Both the position numbers and the translations under genes were made by a program. Of a DNA stretch of 64,000 bases, positions 39,142 to 48,456 are shown in pieces (position 1 is the stretch's first letter; each line of letters begins with the position of its first letter). Source of the stretch: Candidatus Limnocylindria bacterium (GTDB taxonomy: Bacteria; Chloroflexota; Limnocylindria; QHBO01); contig JBBSML010000005.1 of assembly GCA_038233215.1 (NCBI GenBank), forward strand, positions 42,573 to 106,572, in the 5' to 3' direction. Under the pieces are notes generated by a model, which saw only the letters and a list, made by a program, of their open reading frames with translations, ran no database searches and was not told where the DNA came from.

Positions 39142-39870
39142 CTACCCCGTCTCTCCGCGCAGCTCGACGGTGGAGAGCCGCTGTACCGCCAGCACGATGG
39201 CGGCGATGGTGACGATCCCGCCGACAAGAAGCCCGGTGCGCAGGTCCAGCTCCGACGCCACCCCGCCATCCCCGGTGAGGGCATCGGCCACCGCCAGCAC
39301 GTGCTGGCGGATCGACACGATTCGGGTCCCGGCGAAGAGGCCGGCCACGACGCCCTCCCACACCACGACGTACGCGAGGCCGATGACAAGGGCGCGTGAC
39401 GTGACCAGCGAGAGTGCCAGAAAGACGGCGGTGTATTCGAGCGCGCCGAGCAATGCGGCCAGCCCGTAGCCGATGCCCAACCCGGGATCGCCGCCCGACC
39501 CGATGACCCCGGCCAGCAGGATCGGCAGCGTCACCAGCAGAGCGGTCACGAGCCACGCCACCGCCAGCTTGACGAACACGATGACGGACCGCGGGATGGG
39601 CTTTGCGAGGAGGTAGACGATGGTGCCGTCGTCGAGTTCCGAGCCCAGCGCCGCGGTCCCGACGATCACCGCGACGAGCGGCAGCAGGACCGCCACGCCG
39701 AAGTTGGCCAGCAGGCGACCGGTGAAGTCCAGTGCCTCCGCATCAGCGGAAGCGCTGAGCCGATATACGACGGCAACTACCACGATGACCCCGCCCAACA
39801 GCCCGAGGAGCAGCGTCCGTCGCCGGTTGAGCAGCGCCCGGAAGGTGAGCGACGCCAGGGTTGAGATCAT
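39142..39870 (-). CDS. ABC-2 family transporter permease
   Basis: 6-TM hydrophobic protein. 4-nt overlap with the ATPase. Confidence 0.6.
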   Translation of the reverse strand: MISTLASLTFRALLNRRRTLLLGLLGGVIVVVAVVYRLSASADAEALDFTGRLLANFGVAVLLPLVAVIVGTAALGSELDDGTIVYLLAKPIPRSVIVFVKLAVAWLVTALLVTLPILLAGVIGSGGDPGLGIGYGLAALLGALEYTAVFLALSLVTSRALVIGLAYVVVWEGVVAGLFAGTRIVSIRQHVLAVADALTGDGGVASELDLRTGLLVGGIVTIAAIVLAVQRLSTVELRGETG

Positions 39871-40778
39871 CGGCGCACCAGGTAGCTGAACACCGATTCG
39901 AGGGACTCGTCGGCGGGCCGCAGCTCGAGCAATGACACGCCCGCCCGTTGTGCCGCGGGAGCCACGGACCTCGTCAGCGCCCCGTAGTCCCCGGTGCGCA
40001 CGCTGAGCATCCCGTCGCGCAGCTCGATCGCCTCGACCTCGGGGGCGGCGAGGAGCTCGCGCGCCAGCCGGCGGTCGTCGCTCGAGCGCAGCGTGAAGCG
40101 GTGCGGGCGATCGGTCATCAGTCGGCGGATGCGGCGGAAATCGCCCGAGGCCGCGAGGCGTCCCGCCACGACAACGAGCACCCGGTCCGACAGCCGCTCG
40201 ACCTCCTCGAGGATATGGCTGGAGAACAGGATGGTTCGTCCATCGGCCGCCATTGCCCGCAGGAGACCCATCATCGACAGGCGCTGGCGTGGATCCATCC
40301 CGTTGAACGGCTCGTCCAGGATCAGGGTGGGAGGGTCGTGGACGAGCGCGGCGGCCACTTTCGCCCGCTGGCGCATCCCCTTTGAGTAGCCGCCGATGGC
40401 GCGGTCGGCGGCATCGCGCAGCTCGACCATGTCGATGGCGCGGCCGGCGGCCGCCTCCGCATCGGGGACCCCCGACAGTCGTGCGGATGCAAGCACGAAC
40501 TGGCGCCCCGTCAGGAACGAGTAGACAGCTTCGCGCTCCGGCACGAAGCCGATCTGGCGATAGACCTCGGGGTGGCGCCAGGTGTGCGTTGCGTCCAGCC
40601 GAACCTCGCCGGCCGACGGCGCAAGGAAGCCGGCCATCATGTGCAGCAGGGTCGTCTTGCCGGCACCGTTCGGCCCGAGCAGCCCGGTGATGCCAGGGCC
40701 TACCTTGAAGGTCACATCGTTGACAGCGACGACGTTGCCGTACCAGCGCGAGACGCCGGTCAGCGAAAGCGTGCTCAC
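39867..40778 (-). CDS. ABC transporter ATP-binding protein
   Basis: Walker A GPNGAGKTT, signature YSKGMRQR, Walker B LILDEPF. The GTG start overlaps the upstream permease stop (GTGA). Confidence 0.85.
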   Translation of the reverse strand: MSTLSLTGVSRWYGNVVAVNDVTFKVGPGITGLLGPNGAGKTTLLHMMAGFLAPSAGEVRLDATHTWRHPEVYRQIGFVPEREAVYSFLTGRQFVLASARLSGVPDAEAAAGRAIDMVELRDAADRAIGGYSKGMRQRAKVAAALVHDPPTLILDEPFNGMDPRQRLSMMGLLRAMAADGRTILFSSHILEEVERLSDRVLVVVAGRLAASGDFRRIRRLMTDRPHRFTLRSSDDRRLARELLAAPEVEAIELRDGMLSVRTGDYGALTRSVAPAAQRAGVSLLELRPADESLESVFSYLVRR

Positions 40779-41659
40779 GTTGTCACTCGCCGATAGCGAA
40801 GGGCCAGGATGGCCAGCGAAACGCCGAACAGGAGGAAGGTGGCCAGCCCGTACGTTGCGAGCGGAATGTCCGCGGCCGAAACCGGTGACTCGGCGACGAC
40901 ACCGCCGAAGAGCCACTGACGGGCGCCATCGAGAATGGCAAGCGGATTGAACAATGGTGCGACGTCAGCCAGGCCACGCCCCTGCTCCTGGAAGCTTCCG
41001 GCCATCACACCGCCGATGAGGAAGACGGCCAGGACCGCTCCCGCCGCATAGGCGCGCCGCGCGGCCAGCGAGCAGATGGCAAGGCCCAGGGCGGCGAGGA
41101 CCACGGCATGCAGCACGCCGCTGCCCAGAATGCCAGGCAGGGCTCCGATCTCATCTCCCAGCCCCGCGGCGAAGTCCTCCGCTGCCAGCACCCTTCCTGC
41201 AAACAGAATCAGGACCGGGAGGAGCGTGAGAGCCAGGAGCGCCAGGCTCAGCGCGGCGAGCTTGGCGGCGACGTAGTCGAGCTTCCCGATCGGCCGGCTG
41301 AAGTAGAGCGGCAAGACGCGGTGACGCATATCGTTCACCACCAGCTCCGGCGCCTGCGCGGCCACGAAGATGGGGAACAGGGCACCGATGCCCCACAGGT
41401 AGTTCGAGTAGCTGTAGAGGTCGATCAGATCGCCCACGAGCACGCGGACGGCAACCGCCACGAACGCCGGCGTCAGGGCGAGCACGAGCGCGCCCCACGG
41501 GATGATCTTGGAGCGGCCAGAGCGTCCGAGCCCGAAGGTGGCGCGCAGGCCCGCGCCGACGATCGCTGCGATCGCCCCTCGGCGACCAAGGCGCGGCCCG
41601 TCGTAATGGCGGTAGCCGATGTCATAGATCGTGCCGACCGGTTCAGGCGCCGCGCTCAT
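40775..41659 (-). CDS. ABC-2 family transporter permease
   Basis: Start at MSAAPEP; multi-TM. Confidence 0.6.
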   Translation of the reverse strand: MSAAPEPVGTIYDIGYRHYDGPRLGRRGAIAAIVGAGLRATFGLGRSGRSKIIPWGALVLALTPAFVAVAVRVLVGDLIDLYSYSNYLWGIGALFPIFVAAQAPELVVNDMRHRVLPLYFSRPIGKLDYVAAKLAALSLALLALTLLPVLILFAGRVLAAEDFAAGLGDEIGALPGILGSGVLHAVVLAALGLAICSLAARRAYAAGAVLAVFLIGGVMAGSFQEQGRGLADVAPLFNPLAILDGARQWLFGGVVAESPVSAADIPLATYGLATFLLFGVSLAILALRYRRVTT

Positions 41660-42584
41660 CGGCACCTCCGACGCGGAATAGATCCTCGAGCTGGTGCCGC
41701 CGCTGCTCGAGGCGTACCAGCGCCAGACCCAGGCTGATCGCCTCATCGCGGACCGCGTCGTAGATCTCGAACTCAGGGTGATCGTGCGAAGCGAGGTCGG
41801 CGACGATCGTTCGCCCATCGGCCTGAGCGTTGAACCCACGCACAACGAGGCGGGCAGCGAGCGCTTCGGCGGGCTCATCAGTCTCGATCAGGAGCTGGCC
41901 CGTGCGCTCCGTGAAGCTGGTGAGCGGGGCCGTGCGCAGCAGCCGCCCGGCGTCGATCGCCACGAGCCAGGTCGCGACTCGCTCGATCTCGCCGAGCAGA
42001 TGGCTGGCGACGATGACGGCGATGCCGAACTCGTTCCCGATTCGTTCGATGAGCTCCAGCATCTCATCGCGGCCGGCCGGGTCGAGCCCGTTCGTGGGCT
42101 CGTCGAGGAAGAGGACCCGTGGATCATGGACGAGCGCCTGCGCGAGCTTCACGCGCTGCTTCATGCCGGTCGAATAACCGCCGATCGGCCGGTAGCGCTC
42201 CTCGTACAAACCGACGTGCCGGAGCACGTCCGCCGTGCGCTCGCGGGCAGCACCCGATGGCAGGCCCGAGACGCGGGCCATGTGCGCGACGAACTCGGTC
42301 GCCGACACGTCCGGCGGCAGGCAGTCGTGCTCGGGCATGTAGCCCACCAGCTCTCGGATGGCTGCGCCCTGGGTCGCGGGGTCGAGGTCCAGCACGCGTG
42401 CCTCGCCCTCGGTCTGCGGAAGCAGGCCCAGCAGGATCTTGATGAGCGTGCTCTTTCCGGCACCGTTGGCGCCCACGAGACCGATGACGCCCGGCTCAAG
42501 CTCCAGGCTCAATCCATCCAGCGCGGTTACGCCGGGGTAGCGCTTCGTCAGGGCTCGGGTGCTGATGAGAGGCATGGCGACCAA
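41643..42584 (-). CDS. ABC transporter ATP-binding protein
   Basis: Walker A GANGAGKST, signature YSTGMKQR, Walker B LFLDEPT. Confidence 0.85.
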   Translation of the reverse strand: MVAMPLISTRALTKRYPGVTALDGLSLELEPGVIGLVGANGAGKSTLIKILLGLLPQTEGEARVLDLDPATQGAAIRELVGYMPEHDCLPPDVSATEFVAHMARVSGLPSGAARERTADVLRHVGLYEERYRPIGGYSTGMKQRVKLAQALVHDPRVLFLDEPTNGLDPAGRDEMLELIERIGNEFGIAVIVASHLLGEIERVATWLVAIDAGRLLRTAPLTSFTERTGQLLIETDEPAEALAARLVVRGFNAQADGRTIVADLASHDHPEFEIYDAVRDEAISLGLALVRLEQRRHQLEDLFRVGGADERGA

Positions 42585-42620
42585 GGCTCGGGATGCGGGG
42601 ATTGCCGGCGAGTGTACCGC

Positions 42621-43598
42621 TCAGCTGTCCGCGCGGGGACGCCGCACGCCCTTCGAGGAGGACCCCGCTTCGTACTCCATGAGCAGCACGAGGTCCTGCT
42701 GGTAGTTGCCGAAACGACGCCCGAACAGGTTGAGACCCCCGACATGATCGGCGTCCGGCTTCACGCCGATGCGCACCCGGATCGGCGCACCCGCCTCCAG
42801 ACTTAGGTCGGCCAGGCAGACAGCGGCGCCGGCCATGCCATCAATCGTGCTGCCTTCATCGGTCACGCGCCAGCGCTTGAGCACGCCAAACTGCGTGTCC
42901 TTCGTTTCCCACCATGCCGGCGTGTATCGGCCGCGCTCCCCGCCGAAGTCGCCCGGCGACGTCCATGTCCCGATCTCCCGGTCGTTGATCCAGAGCGTGA
43001 TGTCACTCGGCCAGTCCGGGTCGTGCAGTGGAGCCTCGGAGCACACCTCCGCACTGACCTGCAGCGTCGTGGCCGTTGCCATAGGGGGCAGGCGATTGGG
43101 AAATCGATACTCGACGTAGCCACTGCCGAACCAGAGCAGCTGCGCGGAAAGCCGTGCCGGCTCGTAGAAGGAGTCTGGATCGTCGAGGAAACCGATGAGC
43201 TGGTCGGCACTGGTCAGCCCGCAGGTGGGCTGCACGTCCACCTCGCTGAAACCGCCGATCGGCATGACGTGCTCGATCACGTTGGTGGGCTGGGACGCTC
43301 CGCGAGGCAGGTCGATGACCAGCTCGTCGTACGTTCGCGCACACACTTTCTGAAGGCCGCGGCTGGCTGGCCGCATCTCCGTATGGAGCAGGCCGGCCTT
43401 CTCGAGCACCAGGATGTGCATCGCTGCTGTCGAAGCCGGCAGCTCTAGTTCCATGGCCAGCTGGCTCAATGGGACGACGCGATCGGCGACGTTCCGAAGA
43501 ATCGCGATGCGCGTCTGGCTTCCCAGGGCTTTCAGGACCTGGACGACCTGGTCTCCCGCCGCGCGAGCGTCGATGTGAATCGTCTTGCCCGTCGTCAT
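42621..43598 (-). CDS. ArsR-like wHTH regulator with a large C-terminal domain
   Basis: N-terminal LKALGSQTRIAILRNV ... LSQLAMEL pattern. 325 aa. Confidence 0.5.
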   Translation of the reverse strand: MTTGKTIHIDARAAGDQVVQVLKALGSQTRIAILRNVADRVVPLSQLAMELELPASTAAMHILVLEKAGLLHTEMRPASRGLQKVCARTYDELVIDLPRGASQPTNVIEHVMPIGGFSEVDVQPTCGLTSADQLIGFLDDPDSFYEPARLSAQLLWFGSGYVEYRFPNRLPPMATATTLQVSAEVCSEAPLHDPDWPSDITLWINDREIGTWTSPGDFGGERGRYTPAWWETKDTQFGVLKRWRVTDEGSTIDGMAGAAVCLADLSLEAGAPIRVRIGVKPDADHVGGLNLFGRRFGNYQQDLVLLMEYEAGSSSKGVRRPRADS

Positions 43599-43865
43599 GG
43601 CTGGACTGACCCAAGTTTATATGGGGCGGTTGTCACCACGCCACGATACCCGGCCCGTGCAAGCTGCGGGAACGTTAGCCTCAGGCGGCTCTGCACTATT
43701 GACGATACGTGCTACGTTGTCCGCATCACTCCAAGGATGCCGGTTCATTGCCGAGCCGGTCGTGCTGGAGGCGCGGTCAATCGACGCGAGGCTCAGGCGG
43801 AGCCTGGCAGAGATCGTACAAGTCTGGCCCTCGCCCATCGGCGGTCGGCCCAAGGAGGAGATCAG

Positions 43866-45296
43866 GTGGAATCCAGCGTCTACTGGCCCAGGACCGGACT
43901 GGCCCGCCTTCGAGGTTCGCGCTTCATTGCGATCTTCGCAGTGCTGGCACTGACGCTCGCGGCCTGCAGTGGTGGTGGCGATGACGGCAGCAGCGTGGCA
44001 CCGGGTGACAGCGAGGCCCCCGGCACCAGCCAGGAGCCCGGCGCGAGCGGCGGCGCCACCGGCGCATTCGAACCGCCCACCGAGAACGTCGAGCTGACGC
44101 TGTGGAACCCGTTCACGGGTCCCGACGGCGAATTCTTCTCGCAGATCGTCGAGGACTTCAACGCGGCGACCCCGACATGCCAGGTGACCGTAGAGACGAA
44201 GGTCGGCGCCGAGTATGTTGCGCAGCTGGAAGCAGCGGCATCGGCGAATGAGCTCCCCGACGTGGTCGCCGTTGGCTACGACGCGTTGTCGGGCCACGTG
44301 GAGAATGGCATCGTGGTGCCGATCGACGACTTCGCCGAGCAGGGTGGCTACGGCCCCGACCTCTTCCCCGAGGCGATCTGGAACGCCGGTGAGTGGAAGG
44401 GCCAGCGGGTCGGTATTCCGATCGATACCCACACGATGAATCTCTACTACAACAAGGCGCTCTTCGAGGAGGTCGGCCTCGATCCGGAGAGCGCTCCGGC
44501 CGACCAGGAATCCTTCGAGGAGGCCATCACGGCGATCGGCGAGAATACCGACGCCAGCGGCTACCAGGTCGTCGGCAGCGGTCCGGGTGGGAACTTCCTG
44601 GCCGGAATCCAGTTCGCGGCGCTCTTCTACCAGGGCGGCGGTGAGTGGACGAACAAGGACTTCACCGAAGTCACCTTCAACAGCGAGGCGGGCGTCCAGG
44701 CCGCCGAGTACCTCGCCCACCTGGCGAACGACCTCGACGCTCCGGTCGTCGAGAGCGACGCCGAGATCAATGCCTTCCAGCAGGGCCAGAACGGGATGGT
44801 CATGTCGGGCATCTGGGAGACGACCCGCTACAGCGAGGCCCTGGGCGAGGACCTCGGCGTGGCTCCGATTCCCTCGATCTTCGGTGATGGCACCTGGGGT
44901 GGCTCGCACAACCTGGCCGTGACGTCAGCCGGCGCGGAGGACGAGAACACCAAGGCCTGCTCGTACTACTTCATCGACTGGTTCAGCCAGAACTCGCTCC
45001 AGTGGGCGGCCGGCGGACAGATCCCGGCGCGCAACGAAGTGCGCGAGTCCGATGAGTTCCAGAATGCCTCGGGCGAGGGCCTCCTGCCGCTCATTGCGCA
45101 GGTGGCGCCGCTCGCGGAGTCCGTGCAGTTCCTGCCCACCTTCCCGGGCGGCGGCGACATCCTCTTCGGCGCCCAGGGTGCCGGCGAGGCCACCACGCTG
45201 GTCGTGGGTGGTAGCGATGCCCAGGAGATCCTGGACGAGTTTGCGGCTGCGCAGACCGACATCTTGGTGCAGAACAAGGAGCGCTACGGCTTCTAG
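43866..45296 (+). CDS. ABC sugar transporter substrate-binding lipoprotein (SBP family 1)
   Basis: AAGGAGGAG Shine-Dalgarno 6 nt before the GTG. Lipobox LTLAAC. The upstream in-frame extension is rejected. Confidence 0.85.
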   Translation: MESSVYWPRTGLARLRGSRFIAIFAVLALTLAACSGGGDDGSSVAPGDSEAPGTSQEPGASGGATGAFEPPTENVELTLWNPFTGPDGEFFSQIVEDFNAATPTCQVTVETKVGAEYVAQLEAAASANELPDVVAVGYDALSGHVENGIVVPIDDFAEQGGYGPDLFPEAIWNAGEWKGQRVGIPIDTHTMNLYYNKALFEEVGLDPESAPADQESFEEAITAIGENTDASGYQVVGSGPGGNFLAGIQFAALFYQGGGEWTNKDFTEVTFNSEAGVQAAEYLAHLANDLDAPVVESDAEINAFQQGQNGMVMSGIWETTRYSEALGEDLGVAPIPSIFGDGTWGGSHNLAVTSAGAEDENTKACSYYFIDWFSQNSLQWAAGGQIPARNEVRESDEFQNASGEGLLPLIAQVAPLAESVQFLPTFPGGGDILFGAQGAGEATTLVVGGSDAQEILDEFAAAQTDILVQNKERYGF

Positions 45297-45387
45297 GTCT
45301 GTCGCACTGTGACGAGGGCGGCCACGGTGGCCGCCCTCGTCAGGCCCTTCCTTCCTACCTATCTGCCAGCGGGATCACGAGAGGACC

Positions 45388-46383
45388 GTGAAGATGAGCT
45401 CCATGGCTGCTGCGACGGGACGCCCCAGGGGTGGCGTCGCTGGAGTGCTCAACCGGCTTGCGTGGGGATCTGGCAAGGACCGCAGGCGCCGTATCGGGGA
45501 AAGCCCGATCACCCCGTACCTTTTCATCCTTCCCCATTTCGCGATCTTCTCCGCGATGATCCTGTTCCCGTTCTTCCTGGGGATCTGGATCAGCCTCCAT
45601 GACTCCACCGCGCTCCGGGACGGGCCGTTCGTGGGGCTGCGCTGGTACCAGCAGCTGTTCGACTCGTCCAGTTTTCTGTTCCCGCGGTTCTGGAACAGCG
45701 TCTGGAACACCCTCATCTTCGTCGTCATCAGCACGCCGCTGCTCATCGGCTTCGGGTTGGCCCTGGCCGTGCTCCTCAACCAGCGGCTCCGCGGGCGAAA
45801 TATCTTTCGCGCCATCTACTTCGTCCCATGGACACTTTCCGTGTCGGTCGTGGGCCTCACCTGGTGGTGGATGTTCAACGGCAACGCCGGCTTCGTGACG
45901 CTGTTCATGAGCGATACTCTCGGGTGGAGCCCGAACTGGCTGGCCACCAACCCCTGGGCCTGGATCACGATCCTCATCGCGACCCTGTGGTGGACGATCG
46001 GTTTCAACACCATCATTCTCCTGGCTGGTATCCAGGCCATTTCGGCCGATCTGTACGAGGCTGCCTCAATCGATGGTGCCAACACGTGGCAGCAATTCAA
46101 GGCAATCACCCTGCCCAGCCTGCGGCCGATCCTCCTGCTCGTCATCACCCTCCAGGTGATCGCGTCGTTCCAACTGGTGGGGCAGCCGCAGCTCATGACC
46201 GGTGGCGGACCCCCGAGCGAGCTCGGCGGGGAGACCGCGCCGGTCCTGCTCCATGTATTGGGCACCGGGTTCGGCGGCCGGCGCGAACTCAGCCTCGCCG
46301 CGGCGATGGCGCTCGTCGTCGCGGCGATCATGATCGTCGTCTCGATCGTCAACTTCCGGCTCTTCAGCTCCGAGCGGTCCTAG
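45388..46383 (+). CDS. ABC sugar transporter permease (MalF/UgpA-like)
   Basis: EAA-loop region (AASIDGANTWQQFKAITLP). Confidence 0.8.
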   Translation: MKMSSMAAATGRPRGGVAGVLNRLAWGSGKDRRRRIGESPITPYLFILPHFAIFSAMILFPFFLGIWISLHDSTALRDGPFVGLRWYQQLFDSSSFLFPRFWNSVWNTLIFVVISTPLLIGFGLALAVLLNQRLRGRNIFRAIYFVPWTLSVSVVGLTWWWMFNGNAGFVTLFMSDTLGWSPNWLATNPWAWITILIATLWWTIGFNTIILLAGIQAISADLYEAASIDGANTWQQFKAITLPSLRPILLLVITLQVIASFQLVGQPQLMTGGGPPSELGGETAPVLLHVLGTGFGGRRELSLAAAMALVVAAIMIVVSIVNFRLFSSERS

Positions 46384-46393
46384 GAGGCGCGCC

Positions 46394-47275
46394 ATGGCAA
46401 CCACCCTCGAGCGCGGAATAGCGAAGGACCAGCCGGTCGAACTCTCCACGGCCGGCACCGGCCGCCGCGGTGGAGTCGGCCGCGTCCTCATGTACGTGCT
46501 GCTCTTCGCGATCGCGGCGTTCTTCGTCCTGCCGCTCGTCGTGGTGGTGAGCGCGTCGCTGAAGTTCTCCGCGGAAATCTTCACCGACCCCGGCATCCTG
46601 CCGGCCGATCCCGGCTTCGAGAACTACACGGCGCTCTTCGCACGGGCCGAGTTCCTCACCTGGTTCCGCAACAGCGCCATCGTCTCGATCTCCGGGACCT
46701 TCATCACGCTGGCGATCACCTCCCTGTCGGCGTATGCCTTTGCGCGCATCGACTTCCCGTTCAAGAACATTTTGTTCGGGTTGATGATCACGACCCTCGT
46801 GCTGCCGAGCGTCATGTTCCTCGTCCCACAGTTCAAGCTCATCGCCGACATCGGGCTCTACGACTCGCTCCCGGCGCTGGTCCTTCCGGGCCTCGCGGGC
46901 GTGTTCGGGGTCTTCTTCATGCGGCAGTTCTTCCTGGGATTGCCGGTCGAGCTCGAGGAGGCAGCCTACGTCGATGGGGCGAGCCGGCTGCGCACGTTCA
47001 TGTCCGTGGCGCTGCCCCTCGCCGGGCCGGCGCTGGCGACGCTTGCCGTCATCACGTTCCTTGCCTTCTGGAACGACTACCTGTGGCCACAGATCATCTG
47101 CCAGGATAATTGCACGCTGCCGGCCGGACTGCGGCTGCTCCAGCGCCAGTACACCGGCGATCCGGGATTGGTCATGGCGGGAGCAACCGTGGCTGCCATC
47201 CCGGTCCTGATCTTCTACCTGGTGCTCCAGCGGTACATCGTCCAGAGCGTCGCGTCGTCGGGCATCAAGGGCTGA
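46394..47275 (+). CDS. ABC sugar transporter permease (MalG/UgpE-like)
   Basis: EAAYVDGASRLRTFMSVALP EAA loop. Confidence 0.85.
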   Translation: MATTLERGIAKDQPVELSTAGTGRRGGVGRVLMYVLLFAIAAFFVLPLVVVVSASLKFSAEIFTDPGILPADPGFENYTALFARAEFLTWFRNSAIVSISGTFITLAITSLSAYAFARIDFPFKNILFGLMITTLVLPSVMFLVPQFKLIADIGLYDSLPALVLPGLAGVFGVFFMRQFFLGLPVELEEAAYVDGASRLRTFMSVALPLAGPALATLAVITFLAFWNDYLWPQIICQDNCTLPAGLRLLQRQYTGDPGLVMAGATVAAIPVLIFYLVLQRYIVQSVASSGIKG

Positions 47276-47285
47276 AGAGAGAGTC

Positions 47286-48413
47286 TTGCCGATCCACAGG
47301 TCGAGGCAGGTGCGCCGCGAAGTTCCAGCGTTGACAGGTCCGTTGAGTCTGGTCCTCCCTGCGCTCGTCGCCTTGTTGATGGCCTCGTGCTCCTCCTCGG
47401 ATGGCGGCACCGATGGGCCGACGCCCGGTGCATCGGCAAGTGGGGTGGCGGGAAATGGCAGCGTGGCGCCGTCCGAAAGCGTGGCACCAACGCCGGGCGA
47501 GGGTGAATTCATGAACCCGGTCATCGACCAGAACATGCCGGACCCGTTCGTCCTGGACACAGGTGACCAGTACTTCCTCTACTCGACGACGAACATCACG
47601 GACAATTATCCGTACGCGACCTCCGACGATCTCGTGACCTGGGAGCAGCAGGGTGACGCGATGCCGCGGCTGCCCGGCTGGGCAAACGGGAACACGTGGG
47701 CGCCCGAGGTGACGGAGACGTCGGCCGGCTACGTGATGTACTTCACGGCCCGTGCCCCGGGCCTGACGCGGCCGGACGGTGCCGGCGCGCAATGCGTGGG
47801 CGTGGCGGTCAGCCCCGAGCCGGGCGGACCATTCATCAGCGAGAGTGACGAGCCCCTGGTCTGCCAGCTCGATCTCGGCGGCACCATCGACGCATCCATC
47901 GTTCGGGACGTCGACGATTCGCTGTGGCTTATCTACAAGAACGACGGAAACTGCTGCTCCATCCCGACCCGCTTCTACATGCGCCCGATGTCGGAGGACG
48001 GACTCGCCTTTGCGGGGGATGAGATCGAGGTCGAGGGTATCGTCAACGACCAGCCCTGGGAGGGGAACGTGGTGGAGGCCCCGACCATCCACTTCCACGA
48101 AGGGACCTACTACCTCTTCTACTCGGCCAACGACTACGCCGGTCCGCCGTACGCCGTCGGCTACGCGACCTCGGACACGCTGACCGGCCCCTACGTCGAC
48201 GCCGAGGAGAACCCGATTCTTTCGACCGAGGGTACGGCGATCGGGCCGGGGCACCAGACGATCATCGCGGACCGCGACGGCGACCTGTGGCTGGTGTACC
48301 ACGCGTGGGAGTTCACGCTGCGTGAACGCAAGGTCTGGATCGACGAACTGCGCTTCGAGGATGGGAAACCGATTGTGGACGGTCCCGATGCCGGTCCACA
48401 GCCAGCACCATGA
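47286..48413 (+). CDS. Glycoside hydrolase family 43 lipoprotein (beta-xylosidase/arabinanase-like)
   Basis: NPVI.QNMPDPFV N-terminus and the GH43 catalytic Asp/Glu pattern. Lipobox LMASC. The start may be the GTG at 47311. Confidence 0.75.
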   Translation: MPIHRSRQVRREVPALTGPLSLVLPALVALLMASCSSSDGGTDGPTPGASASGVAGNGSVAPSESVAPTPGEGEFMNPVIDQNMPDPFVLDTGDQYFLYSTTNITDNYPYATSDDLVTWEQQGDAMPRLPGWANGNTWAPEVTETSAGYVMYFTARAPGLTRPDGAGAQCVGVAVSPEPGGPFISESDEPLVCQLDLGGTIDASIVRDVDDSLWLIYKNDGNCCSIPTRFYMRPMSEDGLAFAGDEIEVEGIVNDQPWEGNVVEAPTIHFHEGTYYLFYSANDYAGPPYAVGYATSDTLTGPYVDAEENPILSTEGTAIGPGHQTIIADRDGDLWLVYHAWEFTLRERKVWIDELRFEDGKPIVDGPDAGPQPAP

Positions 48414-48456
48414 GGCCGCTGCGACCCAGAGGCACCGAGCTGGCGTCCACCGACGC

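Noticed and set aside
43617-44909. 430-aa minus-strand ORF
   Set aside because: It is antisense to the SBP gene, which has a Shine-Dalgarno, a lipobox and family similarity.
46364-47560. 398-aa minus-strand ORF
   Set aside because: It is antisense to the ABC permease and the GH43 start region.
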